A stretch of 64,000 bases of DNA from contig CAWDXG010000004.1 of assembly GCA_963806225.1 (NCBI GenBank), forward strand, positions 2,656,001 through 2,720,000, given 5' to 3'. Under the pieces are notes generated by a model. It did no database searches and was not told where the DNA came from. It saw only the letters and a program-made list of their open reading frames with translations. How positions within the stretch are numbered: the first letter of the stretch is position 1; each line of letters begins with the position of its first letter. Position numbers and translations under genes: made by a program. This DNA comes from an uncultured delta proteobacterium. GTDB lineage: Bacteria > Myxococcota_A > Polyangia > Polyangiales > Polyangiaceae. Positions 28,688 to 39,209 of this stretch are shown one piece after another.

Positions 28688-28963
28688 CTACTTGGTGGGC
28701 CGCGGCACGAAGTCGGGTGGCAACTGCGAGCCCTCGCCGTAGAAGAAGTTCTCGAGCTCGGTCATCCACACCTTCTGGCCCTGCTCGCTGGTGAGATCGA
28801 GCCGGTATTCGTTGATGAGCATTTTCGAGTGCTCGAGCCACATCCGCCACGCTTCCTTCGACACTGTCTCGAAGACCCGCTCGCCGAGCTCGCCCTTGAA
28901 CGGCGGCTTGTCCAGCCCCTCGGCCTCCTTGCCGAACTTCACGCACTGCACCATTCGCGCCAT
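28688..28963 (-). CDS. yggX: Oxidative damage protection / Fe(II)-trafficking protein
   Basis: RMVQCVKFGKEAEGL..PP..GELGER....VSKEAW..W......LINE.RL signature. Confidence 0.93.
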   Translation of the reverse strand: MARMVQCVKFGKEAEGLDKPPFKGELGERVFETVSKEAWRMWLEHSKMLINEYRLDLTSEQGQKVWMTELENFFYGEGSQLPPDFVPRPTK

Positions 28964-29088
28964 GGACGTAGGTTCTGGTCGCTCCGGCCGGCCCCGTCAA
29001 CCGAGACAGCAGGCGCTGCACCCGGCCGCAGGGCCCGCCGGGGACGATTCCCTCCAGCCGCCTTCCTTCCTATATTGCAAGCGTCCAG

Positions 29089-29997
29089 ATGCCCCTTTCC
29101 GACACGCCACAGCGTGAGGGGACCGTCTTCCGCTTCGAGGATCTCCCCGACGACCTGCCGCGGCCCCCGCTGGCCGCTCTGCGCTTCTTCCGCCGCGCGG
29201 GAGTCAAGCTCGCGCTCAAGACCTGGCTCAAGCTTCCCGTTGACGTGCGCTGGGCGATGGCGGCGGAAGGCGCGCGCGATCAGGTCGAGGATTCGGTGGC
29301 CCGCGCGCTGCTCCGACACGTCTCGCTGCGCGAGCTCGAGCTGATCGGGGAACCGCGCTACAGCGAGAGCAGCCCAGTAGCGGGGCTGATCGAATCGCTC
29401 GGGCTCGGCGAACGCTGGCGCGACAAGGGCTGGCCGGCGCTCCGCGCGTTCGAGCGCTTCGTGCTCAACCACCTGTCGAACAACCCCCGGCTGCTCTGGC
29501 GCGCCTTCGAGGAGATCAGCGGGCTCGCTGCCAGCCCATCCAGCGAGTGGACCGGCCTGGTAGCGCACGCCGAGGTGCAGATACGAGCGCCGAAAGAGGT
29601 GCGAGGGGATCTGATGCGCCTGCTCGCCGGCGAACAGCTGCTCGAAGGCCGCGCGCTGATCCTGGCGCGGACATCGGGACGGCGTGCGGCGCGTGCGGCC
29701 GGTGACATCTTCGACCTGTACTCGGAGCTGACGCCAGGAACCGTCGAACTCGACTGGTGCGTGCGTGAGCCGCGGGCCACCGTGCTCTGGCAGGCGCACG
29801 TGAGCACCCACGTGGGCGAGTTCTTCCCCGCGGCCTCGCTGCTTGCCGCCACGACCGCCGCCGTGTGCCTCTACGACATGATCAAGGAGTTCGATCCGGA
29901 CGCGCGCGTGCAGCAAGCCGGGCTGGTGGAAGAAGCGTGGGAGGTCGGCAAGTTCGCCTGGGACGAGGCCACGCGCCTGTACCAGGCCCCGCGCTGA
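29089..29997 (+). CDS. Fusion of a nitrate-reductase-associated (NarM-like) domain and a degenerate MoaC-like domain
   Basis: N-half FRFE...GVKLALKTW...W.AL.AFERFVL; C-half ends AAVCLYDMIKEFD, similar to MoaC LTIYDMCKAVD. Confidence 0.6.
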   Translation: MPLSDTPQREGTVFRFEDLPDDLPRPPLAALRFFRRAGVKLALKTWLKLPVDVRWAMAAEGARDQVEDSVARALLRHVSLRELELIGEPRYSESSPVAGLIESLGLGERWRDKGWPALRAFERFVLNHLSNNPRLLWRAFEEISGLAASPSSEWTGLVAHAEVQIRAPKEVRGDLMRLLAGEQLLEGRALILARTSGRRAARAAGDIFDLYSELTPGTVELDWCVREPRATVLWQAHVSTHVGEFFPAASLLAATTAAVCLYDMIKEFDPDARVQQAGLVEEAWEVGKFAWDEATRLYQAPR

Positions 29998-30024
29998 ACC
30001 CCGCGACCGCGCGCGGCGCGACAG

Positions 30025-30168
30025 TCAGTAGATCGAGCCGAGGAAGGTGCAGCTCTTCGGATGTCGTGCGACGCGCAGCAGGCACCGGACATAGGCGCGC
30101 ACGCCGAAATTCCGCACGATCACCAGGCCGTGGGTGAACAGGTGCCGGGTCTCGATCGTGCCGTTCAT
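30025..30168 (-). CDS. Small hypothetical protein (47 aa)
   Basis: MNGTIETRHLFTHGLVIVRNFGVRAYVRCL..., GAGG upstream. Confidence 0.45.
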   Translation of the reverse strand: MNGTIETRHLFTHGLVIVRNFGVRAYVRCLLRVARHPKSCTFLGSIY

Positions 30169-30402
30169 TTCAGCCTCGACTAGCTGTCTTCCGTCGTAGC
30201 TCCACGCAACTGGCCCGGCCAACAAATCGTATCCGGAGCCGCGTTCTACCCGCACATCGGTCCTCGTCAACCCCGGTTTCCTGGAAACGCAGGCCAGACA
30301 CCGATGTTCCAGCAAGGCCGGAACATCGGCGCAGCGTTGCGGCACGGCCTTGTCACGCCGCGCGGCCCGGAGCCGGCCAGCGGCGGAAAGCCGGGCGACG
30401 GA

Positions 30403-30654
30403 TCAGCGGAAGGACGGCTGGTCCGGCGTCTTCTTGTCGTCCTTCTTCTTCGTGTCCTTCTTGTCCCCGCCACACAGCGCGGACGGATTCTGCTGCTTCT
30501 TCTCGTCCTTCTTCTTCTTCGCGTCCTTGCCACCGCCGCACAGCGCCTGGGCGGAGGAGCCGGACGCGGCAGAGGCGATGGCCGGCGCGCCGAGCAGCAG
30601 CCCTGCAGCCGTGAGAGCACAGATCACACTTCGAACCCCGAGAGCCTTGGTCAT
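30403..30654 (-). CDS. Small secreted Lys-rich peptide with duplicated ALCGG motif (83 aa)
   Basis: Sec signal ending AIASA, then [17 protein letters not shown] and [17 protein letters not shown]. Confidence 0.65.
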   Translation of the reverse strand: MTKALGVRSVICALTAAGLLLGAPAIASAASGSSAQALCGGGKDAKKKKDEKKQQNPSALCGGDKKDTKKKDDKKTPDQPSFR

Positions 30655-30857
30655 GCCGTAGGCTTGGCGCCCGGCTTGATCGGTGTCAAGCGGCAGCGGC
30701 GCGGCAGCACCAGGCGCACGACGCAGTGCGGCAGCGCGGCGCGCGCCGGATCGTCGCTGAGGCGCGAGCTGGCTTCGTGATAACAAGAGCGTCGGCGGAT
30801 CCGGATTCCAGAACCGCGCAATGCTTGCGCAACCGGCAACCGCTGCGGGAGACACCA

Positions 30858-33115
30858 GTGAGAATCGTCTGCATCGGCGGCGGCCCCGCCGGCCTCTACT
30901 TCGGCATCCTGATGAAGAAGGCCGACCCGGACAACGAGGTCATCGTGCTCGAGCGCAATCGCGACGACGACACCTTCGGTTTCGGCGTCGTGTTCTCGGA
31001 CGCCACGCTCGACAACCTCGCTGCGGCCGACGCCGAGACCTACCAGGCCATCACCGAGAGCTTCGCGCACTGGGACGACATCGACATCCACTTCAAGGGG
31101 CAGGTGCTCACCTCGACCGGGCACGGCTTCAGCGGCATGAGCCGCAAGGAGCTGCTCCGGATCCTGCAGCGGCGCGCGGCCCAGCTCGGCGTCGACGTGC
31201 GCTTCGAGACCGACGTGGACGACGTCACGCCGTGGCTCGACGCGGATCTGGTGATCGCCGCCGACGGCGTGAACAGCGGCATCCGCGAGCGCTACGCCGA
31301 ACACTTCGAGCCGGACCTGGACTGGCGGCCGAACCGCTTCGTGTGGCTCGGGACCACCTTTCCCTTCGGGGCCTTCACCTTCTACTTCCGGGAAAACGAG
31401 CATGGCCTGTTCCGGGTGCACGCGTACCGCTACGCCGAGGACAGCTCGACGTTCATCGTCGAGTGCACCGAGGACAGCTGGAAGAAGGCCGGCCTCGACC
31501 AGGCCAGCGAGGACGAGACGGTCGCCTACTGCGAGAAGCTCTTCAAAGAGGAACTTGCGGGCCACCGCCTGCTGAAGAACAGGAGCGTGTGGCGCAGCTT
31601 CCCCACCGTGAACAACCGCCATTGGCACCACAAGAACATCGTGCTGCTCGGCGATGCGGTACACACGGCGCACTTCTCCATCGGCTCGGGCACCAAGCTG
31701 GCCATGGAAGATGCGATCTCGCTCCGCGACGCGCTGGCCACCCACGACAGCGTGGAGGCCGCCCTCGACGCCTACGAAGCCGAACGCCGCCCGCTGGTAG
31801 AGAGCATCCAGCGCGCCGCCCAGGTCAGCCTGGAGTGGTTCGAGAACACCGAGCGCTACATGGAGCTCGAGCCGATCCAGTTCGCCTTCAGTCTGCTGAC
31901 GCGCAGCATGCGGGTCACGCACGAGAACCTCGAGGTCCGCGACCCGGCGTTCGTCGGGCGCGTGAACGAATGGGTCGCGAACAAGGCCAAGGAGCAGACG
32001 GGCCTGAGGCTGCACATCGGCAGCGGTCGCGTGCCGCCGCCGATGTTCACGCCGTTCCGGCTGCGCAACCTGCTGCTCGAGAACCGCATCGTGGTCTCGC
32101 CCATGTGCCAGTACTCGGCCGAGGACGGCACCATCAACGACTGGCACCTCGTACACCTCGGCAGCCGTGCGCTCGGCGGCGCGGGCCTCGTCATGGGCGA
32201 GATGACGGACGTGAGCCGCGAAGGACGCATCACTCCAGGCTGCGCCGGGATGTACAAGCCGGAGCACGTCACCGCATGGCGCCGCGTCGTCGACTTCGTC
32301 CACACCGGGAGCCCCGCGAAGATCGGCATGCAGCTTGCGCACGCCGGGCGCAAGGGCTCGACCAAGCTGATGTGGGAAGGCATCGACGAGCCGCTGCCGA
32401 GCGGTAACTGGCCGCTGATCGCACCCTCGCCGATCCCGTACTTCGAGCACAGCCAGACGCCGAAGCCGATGGACCGCGCCGACATGGATCAGGTGCGGGA
32501 CGACTTCGTGCAGGCCACCAGCATGGCGGAGGAGGCGGGCTTCGACCTGCTCGAGCTGCACTTCGCCCACGGCTACCTGCTCTCGACGTTCATCTCGCCG
32601 CTCACCAACCGCGCGAGGACGAGTACGGCGGATCGCTCGAAAACCGCATGCGCTATCCGCTCGAGATCTTCGATGCGGTACGCAAGGCGTGGCCTCAGGA
32701 AAAGCCGATGAGCGTGCGCGTGTCGGCCACGGACTGGGCGCCGGGCGGGCTGTCGCTGGAGGACTGCGTCGCCATCGGCCGCATGCTCAAGCAGCACGGC
32801 TGCGACATCATCGACGTGTCGGCGGGACAGACCGTGCCCTACGCGAAGCCGCGCTACGGCCGACTGTTCCAGACGCCATTCAGCGAGCTTACGCGGCTCG
32901 AAGCCGGGATCCCCACCATGACCGTCGGCAACATCCAGTCCTACGCCGACGCGAACAGCATCATCGCCGCAGGCCGCGCGGATCTCTGCGTGCTCGCCCG
33001 CGCGCACCTCTACGACCCGTACTGGACGCGCCACGCCGCCAACGAACAGGGCTACGAGATCGAGTGGCCCGACCAGTACAAGACCGTCCAGCGCTACACG
33101 CCGCGGTTCAAGTGA
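30858..33115 (+). CDS. Bifunctional salicylyl-CoA 5-hydroxylase/oxidoreductase (anthraniloyl-CoA monooxygenase-like), one frameshift near 32610
   Basis: [43 protein letters not shown] domain [31 protein letters not shown] continuing in another frame as [12 protein letters not shown]. Confidence 0.9.
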
Positions 33116-33174
33116 GCGACCGCGGGCCCGGCGCGCCGGACCATCCGGACGACCGCCATGTTATGTCCGTAGCG

Positions 33175-34681
33175 ATGGCGACCGCACGCATGCTCGTGCT
33201 CTCTGCAGTAGCACTCACGGCCTGCACGGCGGCGCGGGCTCCCGCCCGCGGCGCCCAGCGCGAGTCGGGACAGAGCCAGCTGATGGGTGAGACGTTCGCG
33301 GGAAAGAACAAGTGCAACCCGGAAAACCACGAGCGCCCGTTCGTCATCGAATGGGACGCGACGGACATGTCGAGCTTCGAGAGCCTGGCCCAGCGCGATG
33401 TCGTGGTTGTCCGCTACGAGGGCTGCAAGCTCCGGATCCTCGATGGCTGCAGGGACGACTCGGTGCCCGGTGCGTATGGCGCATACCGGCCCGTATCGTG
33501 GACCAGCGGGTCGCTCGAGCGGATCGAGATCAGCTCCGAGGCGGATCTCTACGCGAAGCTGCCGCTGGGCGTTGCTTCGCTCGGCGGACGCGTTGCCCGC
33601 GGCGAGAAGTTCCGGATGGAGTACTTCGTCGCCGGGACGCGCAACGCGACGCGACCCGGGCTCTACCGCGGAGACATCGCCGGCAACCCGGGCTGCCAGG
33701 GGGCCACGCACTTCGTCTATGGCTACAACCTCGGCGCGTTCGCCCTGGGCTCGACCTCCGCGAACACGCTGAGTGCCGACGGGAGCCTGTACGGCTTCGG
33801 CGCCAGCGGCACAGAGAAGCGACACGAGAAGGCCGAGAAGAAGGGCGGAGACCTGCACAGCTGCAGAAGCGACTCGGCATCGGAGCTCCAGAGCTGCAAG
33901 GTCCCCATCCGCCTGACGCTGCGTCCTATCGAAGACGGCGACAATCCCGATCGCGCCGCGCGACGCGCGCCCGACACCGACGACTCCCTGAACGCCGCCG
34001 GCAAGGTCGCCGCCACTGTGGAAATATCGGCAGAGGCCAGGGAACACTACCAGTCCGCGCAGACCAAGCTCCGGGCTGGAGACGGCAAGGGCTGCCTGGC
34101 CGAGCTCGACAAGCACGACGAGCTGGATCCGGGGCACCCCTCCACCGAGCCCAGCTCCGGGCTCGGTCTCGAGCGCCCCGAGTGCCTGATGCTGGCGGGG
34201 CAGTGCGACGCCGGCAAGGCGCTCGCACGCAGGTACATTGAACAGCGGGGACCCGGAAAGTACACGAGCACAGACGCCGAGGTGGACTCGCTGGTCGGCA
34301 AGTACTGCCGCGGCAGGATGTCGAAGCGGGACGAGCTGCTCGCCGCCCTGAACAGGATCGTGGAAGGCTCCATGCGCGGCGGGGTCCAGGCGAAGGAGTG
34401 CGCGAAGGCGTACTGCCACGGCCAAGCGGCTGCTGAGGAGCGTCAAGCCGAAGAGCCCCAGGGACATCCCGATCGCGACCGCCGGCGGCGCGGTGCACCA
34501 GTGGGCGGCGAGCTGCGCGGCCCGGGCCCACGACTGCAAGACGGCCTACCGCCTGTTCAAGGACGGCTTCCAGCCCACGCCCGCCTACAGCAGGTTGAAG
34601 ACCGCGCAGGCGCGCGAGCGCTACATCCGCACCGGCTTCAGGAACTCGATCGGCGCCGTCACCGGTCAGTGCACGGACTGA
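33175..34681 (+). CDS. Hypothetical Cys-containing lipoprotein with helical C-terminus, frameshift near 34415
   Basis: VALTAC lipobox; protein-like frame to about 34415, then continues in the frame of ORF 34493..34681. Confidence 0.65.
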
Positions 34682-34688
34682 CGGCGCC

Positions 34689-35293
34689 TCAGCGCGCTGC
34701 CACGCGCCGCGCCGGCACGTACGGCTGTTCGACGACCAGGCGATACGGCACGTGGCCGCGCCAGAACATGCCGCTCACTGCGGGCGCCATGCGGCCGCGC
34801 GCGGCGACGACGGCGCTGATCACGTCGCCCGCACTGCGCGCGGGTGCGCCGGCCACGCGCGTCAGCACGTCACCATCGCGGACGCCGATACCGAGCGAGC
34901 TCACGCCGGCCAGGCGCATCCCGCCGGGACGCACGCCGTCCGACCGCACATACGCGCCGTGCGGCCGCACGCCCGCGTCCGCCAGCCGGAGCACGACCCG
35001 TGCCGGCACGTGGACGCCGTGCGTGATGCGGAAGTGCCCACGCCGTCGCGCACGGGCGCGAGGCCCCGCCCGCTCCGGCGCCGCTTGTCACGTCGTCCAC
35101 GACGACCAGACTGCCCGGCGCCGCGAAGGGCTCGGGCCGGAGCTCGGCCGCTGGCCGCGGCAGGAGCGCCGCCAACCTCCCCACTGACGCGCCCGAGCGC
35201 GCGCCGGCGCGATCCGCCACGCGCGACGACGCCCACGCCATCACCGGCAGGGGCAGCGCGAGGAGCACGGCGGCGATCAGAGCGGCGGCGCAT
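34689..35293 (-). CDS. Membrane-anchored PDZ-like domain protein (apparently frameshifted)
   Basis: C-terminal GMRLAGVSSLGIGVRDGDVLTRVAG PDZ-like motif; hydrophobic N-terminus LIAAVLLALPLP lies in another frame. Confidence 0.5.
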
Positions 35294-35323
35294 CTTCCCG
35301 CGGGAGTCTACCACGCGCTCGCG

Positions 35324-36195
35324 CTAGCGCCCGCCCTTGTGCTCCGGCGCGGACAGGTAGCGGAAGAAATCGGACCCTGTCGACAGCACCAGCGTCGACG
35401 TTCTTGTCCATCGACTTGTCGTACGTGTCGAGGCTGCGTGTGAAGGCGAAGAACTCGGGGTCCTTGCCGTAGGCCCCGGCGTAGATGCGGATGCTCTCCG
35501 CGTCGCCTTCGCCGCGCTGCTTCTGCGACACCTCGTAGGCCTGGGCGAGGATGATCGTCTTCTGCTTGTCGGCGTCGGCCCGGATCTTCGCCGCGGCCTC
35601 GGCGCCTTCCGAGCGGTACTGCTTGGCCGCCCGCTCACGCTCGGCGCTCATGCGCTGGAACACGCTCTCCTGCACCTGCTTCGGCAGGTCGGCGCGCTTG
35701 ATGCGCACGTCCACCACCTGGATGCCCGAAGATCTTCGTCTTCGTGCGGGTGCGCTTGGCCACTTCCTGCATCATCGGATCACGCGCATTGCCCACGATG
35801 TCGTCGAAGTTGCGGCTGGCCAGCTCGCGCCGCATCTCGCTGTTGACCACGTCGTCCAGTCGCGCCCGGGCGCCGGTCTCGTCGTGCACGCTCTTGAAGA
35901 ACTCCAGCGGATCATCGATACGCCAGCGCGTGATGGGATCGGCAACCAGCCGCTTCTTGTCCAGCGTGAGGTACTCGGCCGGCGGCGTGTCGCTGGTCAG
36001 GACGCGCCGCTCGAGAAAGTGCACCTTCTCGGCGAACGGCACCTTGTAGTGGAGCCCCGGGTTGTCCTCGGTGCGCTTGAACTCGCCGAAGCGCGTCACG
36101 ATGCTGAGCTCCGTCTCGTCCACCGTGAACAAGGTCGACCACGCCGTAATCAGGACAGCGCCGAGCAGCACCAGGATGATCGTCGTCCGGTTCAT
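35324..36195 (-). CDS. hflC: FtsH protease modulator HflC (frameshifts near 35725 and 35400)
   Basis: FTVDETE..IVTRFG, PGLHYKVPF, VDVRIKRADLP, RMSAERER.A..YRSEG, DPEFFAFTRSL. Confidence 0.92.
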
Positions 36196-36197
36196 GG

Positions 36198-37199
36198 CTA
36201 CTTGCCCCCCGTCATGGCGCCGATCGCCTTTTGACCCAGCGGCAGGACGGGCAGGGCCCCCTTGGCCAGATCGCGGTCCACCACGACCTTTCCGTGCACC
36301 TTGCCCATGATGTCCTCCATGGTCTCGAGGTACATGCGCTCGCGGGTGACCTTCTCTGCTTTCGTGTACTCGGCAAGCAGCGATTCGAACTTCGCCGCGT
36401 CGCCCTTGGCGCGCAGGATGCGCTGCTCCTTGTAGCCCTCGGCGGCGCGCTCGATCTTCTGCGCCTCTCCGCGCGCCTTGGGGATGACATCCGCCTTGTA
36501 GCCCTTGGACTGGTTGATGAGCTTTTCCTTGTCCTCGCGGGCGCGCACCACGTCGTGGAACGCCTCCTTCACCTCGTCGGGCGCATCCACCATCTGCAGC
36601 TTCACGTCGGTGATGGTCAGACCGCTGTCGTACTCGTCCATCAACTTCTGCAGCCAGGAGTGCGTCTCTTCCTGCACCTTTTCGCGACCGGTCGTGATCA
36701 CGTCGTCGATCTTGGTGCGGCCGACCATGCTGCGGAGCGCCACCTCGGCGGTGGTGTGCAGAACCTGCTCCGGATCCTTCAGGCGGAACAGGAACTTCGT
36801 CGGGTCCTTGACGCGGTACTGCACGATCATCTGCGCCTCGACGATGTTCTCGTCGCCGGTCAGCATCAGCGCCTCGTGCGGCATGCGCTGCTTGCCGCGG
36901 AAGCCGATCTCGATGCGCCGGATCTGCTGCATGTTGACCACGTCCTTCTGCTGGATGAACGGGATCCTGTAGTGCAGCCCAGGCGCCGTCTTCCCCGTCT
37001 CGCGCCCGAAGGTCCGCACGACGCCCTGCTCGCCCGGACCGACGCTGTAGAACCCGGTCGCGGCGATGATCAGCAGCAGGACTCCGGCCGCGATCGGGCC
37101 GAGCCGGCGTAGATTCCGCCGGAACGCGTCGGAGACGTGCTCGACCATCTTGCCCATGTCGGGCCCATTTGCGCCCCCGTTGTCGAACTGACTCCGCAT
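36198..37199 (-). CDS. hflK: FtsH protease modulator HflK
   Basis: GEQGVVRTFG, LMLTGDENIV, AFHDVVRARED, VIPKARGEA, VTRERMYLETME. Confidence 0.95.
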   Translation of the reverse strand: MRSQFDNGGANGPDMGKMVEHVSDAFRRNLRRLGPIAAGVLLLIIAATGFYSVGPGEQGVVRTFGRETGKTAPGLHYRIPFIQQKDVVNMQQIRRIEIGFRGKQRMPHEALMLTGDENIVEAQMIVQYRVKDPTKFLFRLKDPEQVLHTTAEVALRSMVGRTKIDDVITTGREKVQEETHSWLQKLMDEYDSGLTITDVKLQMVDAPDEVKEAFHDVVRAREDKEKLINQSKGYKADVIPKARGEAQKIERAAEGYKEQRILRAKGDAAKFESLLAEYTKAEKVTRERMYLETMEDIMGKVHGKVVVDRDLAKGALPVLPLGQKAIGAMTGGK

Positions 37200-37294
37200 G
37201 AATAGCTCCCCATCAGCACGCGCTCCCTGCGCCTGCCACGACGGGGGCTACCCTAGTGACGCCGCCCGCAATCGCAAGCGACACAAGCAGGTTG

Positions 37295-37762
37295 CTACTG
37301 GCGTACCCGCCAGTTGCCCTGGAACGTCTTGCCGACCTCGTCGCAGGTCGGATCCGTCACGATCAGCTCGGGGCGCGCTTCGCGGCAGTAGATGATGGTG
37401 TTCTGGCGGAAAGTGCGACCGAAATGGATCGCCTCGTCGCGCTCGATGCCGTGCACGAGCCACGCCGGTTCGCGCCACACGCCTTCCGGCTCCTCGTCGT
37501 AGCCGACGCAGTGCTCGACGCGGTAGCAGCCGAGGATCAACAGATCGCGCATCACCTGGTGCCGACCGTCGTTCACGCGACGCGGCAGCAGCATGGAGCG
37601 GGGGTTATACGCCGTGAGGACCGCGAATTGCTGCTGCAGCGGCCCCGGCAGGGCCGTCACATCCGCGACGATCTCGCCGTCCATGGACACGCGCATCAGC
37701 CCAGTGTCCGTCGGCAGCTCGTAGACGGTCGCGAAGTAGGAGCGCAGGAGGTTCTGATCCAA
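37295..37762 (-). CDS. DUF3293 domain protein
   Basis: FAVLTAYNPRS, WREPAW..., FGRTFRQNTI motifs; TTG start. Confidence 0.75.
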   Translation of the reverse strand: MDQNLLRSYFATVYELPTDTGLMRVSMDGEIVADVTALPGPLQQQFAVLTAYNPRSMLLPRRVNDGRHQVMRDLLILGCYRVEHCVGYDEEPEGVWREPAWLVHGIERDEAIHFGRTFRQNTIIYCREARPELIVTDPTCDEVGKTFQGNWRVRQ

Positions 37763-37799
37763 GGCGGGAGCCTTCTAGCATCCGCGGCCGCACGGTCCC

Positions 37800-37850
37800 A
37801 ATGTGGCAAAATGAGCACATAATTGTGACATTTTGCCACATTCTGTTCAC
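37800..37850. promoter_or_regulatory. AT-rich palindrome containing phased ACAT..TG direct repeats
   Basis: Perfect 14-bp arms AATGTGGCAAAATG (37800-37813) and CATTTTGCCACATT (37829-37842); ACAT at 37817, 37828 and 37838. Confidence 0.55.
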
Positions 37851-37851
37851 C

Positions 37852-38589
37852 TCACGGCTCGAAACGGTACCCGACGCCCCGCACGGTGAGCAGGTGGCGC
37901 GGCTCGGCCGGGTCGTCCTCGAGCTTGTTCCTGAGCTGCAGCAGGAAGTTGTCGATCGTGCGCAGCGTGCCGTGATGACCCGGCCCCCACACCTTCGAGC
38001 GGATCTGGTCGCGCGACAGCACGCGGCCGCCCGCTTCCACCAGGCACCAGAGCACGTCGAACTCGGTGGCCGTGAGCGGCACCGACTCGCCCCCGCGCGT
38101 CACCTGCCGCGTCGCCGCGTTGATCGAGAGATCGCCGGCGCCCACCAGATCCTGCGTCTCTTCCGGACGCGCGATGGCGTCACGGCGCAGGGCCGCCTTG
38201 ATGCGTGCCAGGAGCTCCGCCAGGCTGAACGGCTTGGTGATGTAGTCCTCCGCCCCGAGGTCGAGACCCATCACCTTGTCCATCTCCGCTCCGCGCGCGC
38301 TCAGCATCAGGACCGGCATGTTGCGCCCTTCCCCGCGCAGCGTACGGACGATCTCGAAGCCGTTCACGCGCGGAAGCATCACGTCCAGAAGCACGAGATC
38401 GAAGCCGCCGTCGCGCGCGCGCTCCAACCCCTCCAGCCCGTCGTGCGCCACGCTCACCGCGTAGCCCTCGGCCTCCAGGTTCATGCGCAGACCGAGCGTG
38501 ATGCTCTCGTCGTCCTCGACCACGAGGATGCGCTTGTTTCCGTTGGCTGCCACGTGGTTCGGGTCGCTGCTGATCTGCGGTTCTTCCAT
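37852..38589 (-). CDS. OmpR/PhoB family response regulator
   Basis: ILVVEDD, LLDVMLP, GAEDYITKPF, LTATEFDVL, LLTVRGVGYRF. Confidence 0.95.
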   Translation of the reverse strand: MEEPQISSDPNHVAANGNKRILVVEDDESITLGLRMNLEAEGYAVSVAHDGLEGLERARDGGFDLVLLDVMLPRVNGFEIVRTLRGEGRNMPVLMLSARGAEMDKVMGLDLGAEDYITKPFSLAELLARIKAALRRDAIARPEETQDLVGAGDLSINAATRQVTRGGESVPLTATEFDVLWCLVEAGGRVLSRDQIRSKVWGPGHHGTLRTIDNFLLQLRNKLEDDPAEPRHLLTVRGVGYRFEP

Positions 38590-38804
38590 GCCGCCCCCCG
38601 GGGACACGCCCGATCTACTGCCACATCGCGGCCCGCAGCGCGCGGGTTTTTCTTGCGCTCCCAGGCAGCTGTCCGGATAGTGGCGTTCTCCGGGGGCACC
38701 CAACCAGGTACCCGAGCAGGCCCACCCCGTCCGCCCCCGCAGCCCACACCCGTTCGTGCCGCGTCGCGTAGCCGCGACGCGGCATCAGGCAGCGTCGCCG
38801 ACGT

Positions 38805-39191
38805 TCACGCCGCGAGGCGATCGGGCATCATGTGACAACCGCATGCGCGGCCCGGCTGGACATGCCCGGCCTTCATCATCGCCACGCAGCCCTTGTGGCA
38901 GACGACCTCGGTCGGCACCTCGAGCAGCGAGCAACTCTTTACGTCGTACCAACGACCAGTGTGCAGGTCGCCGACGAACTCGATGTCCGCGGGCTGTCCA
39001 TAGCGATCACAGATCACACGATGCTGCTCGACGGTGGGGGCCTCGCCGAAGTGATCGCGCAGCCAGCTGAAGGCCCAGATCGAGAATCCGATCGATAGTC
39101 CGACCACCGCTCCCGACCACACGCCGAACTCGGTGCCCGTCAGCGCGCCCGCAAGCGCTCCAAAAATCACTCCGATCAAGCTGGCGCCCAT
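38805..39191 (-). CDS. Small membrane protein with Cys-rich C-terminal domain
   Basis: AGGAGG RBS; Gly-rich TM hairpin, then ICDRY...VKSCS...VCHKGC...ACGCH. Confidence 0.7.
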   Translation of the reverse strand: MGASLIGVIFGALAGALTGTEFGVWSGAVVGLSIGFSIWAFSWLRDHFGEAPTVEQHRVICDRYGQPADIEFVGDLHTGRWYDVKSCSLLEVPTEVVCHKGCVAMMKAGHVQPGRACGCHMMPDRLAA

Positions 39192-39209
39192 GGCGACTAC
39201 CTCCTGGTG

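Noticed and set aside
30338..30356. Sigma-54 promoter-like CGGCACGGCCTTGT
   Set aside because: The -24/-12 spacing is one base short, the -12 GC is missing, and no suitably oriented gene is close
32689..35187. 832-aa ORF
   Set aside because: Only about 33175-34415 is protein-like; the flanks are shadow frames of neighbouring genes
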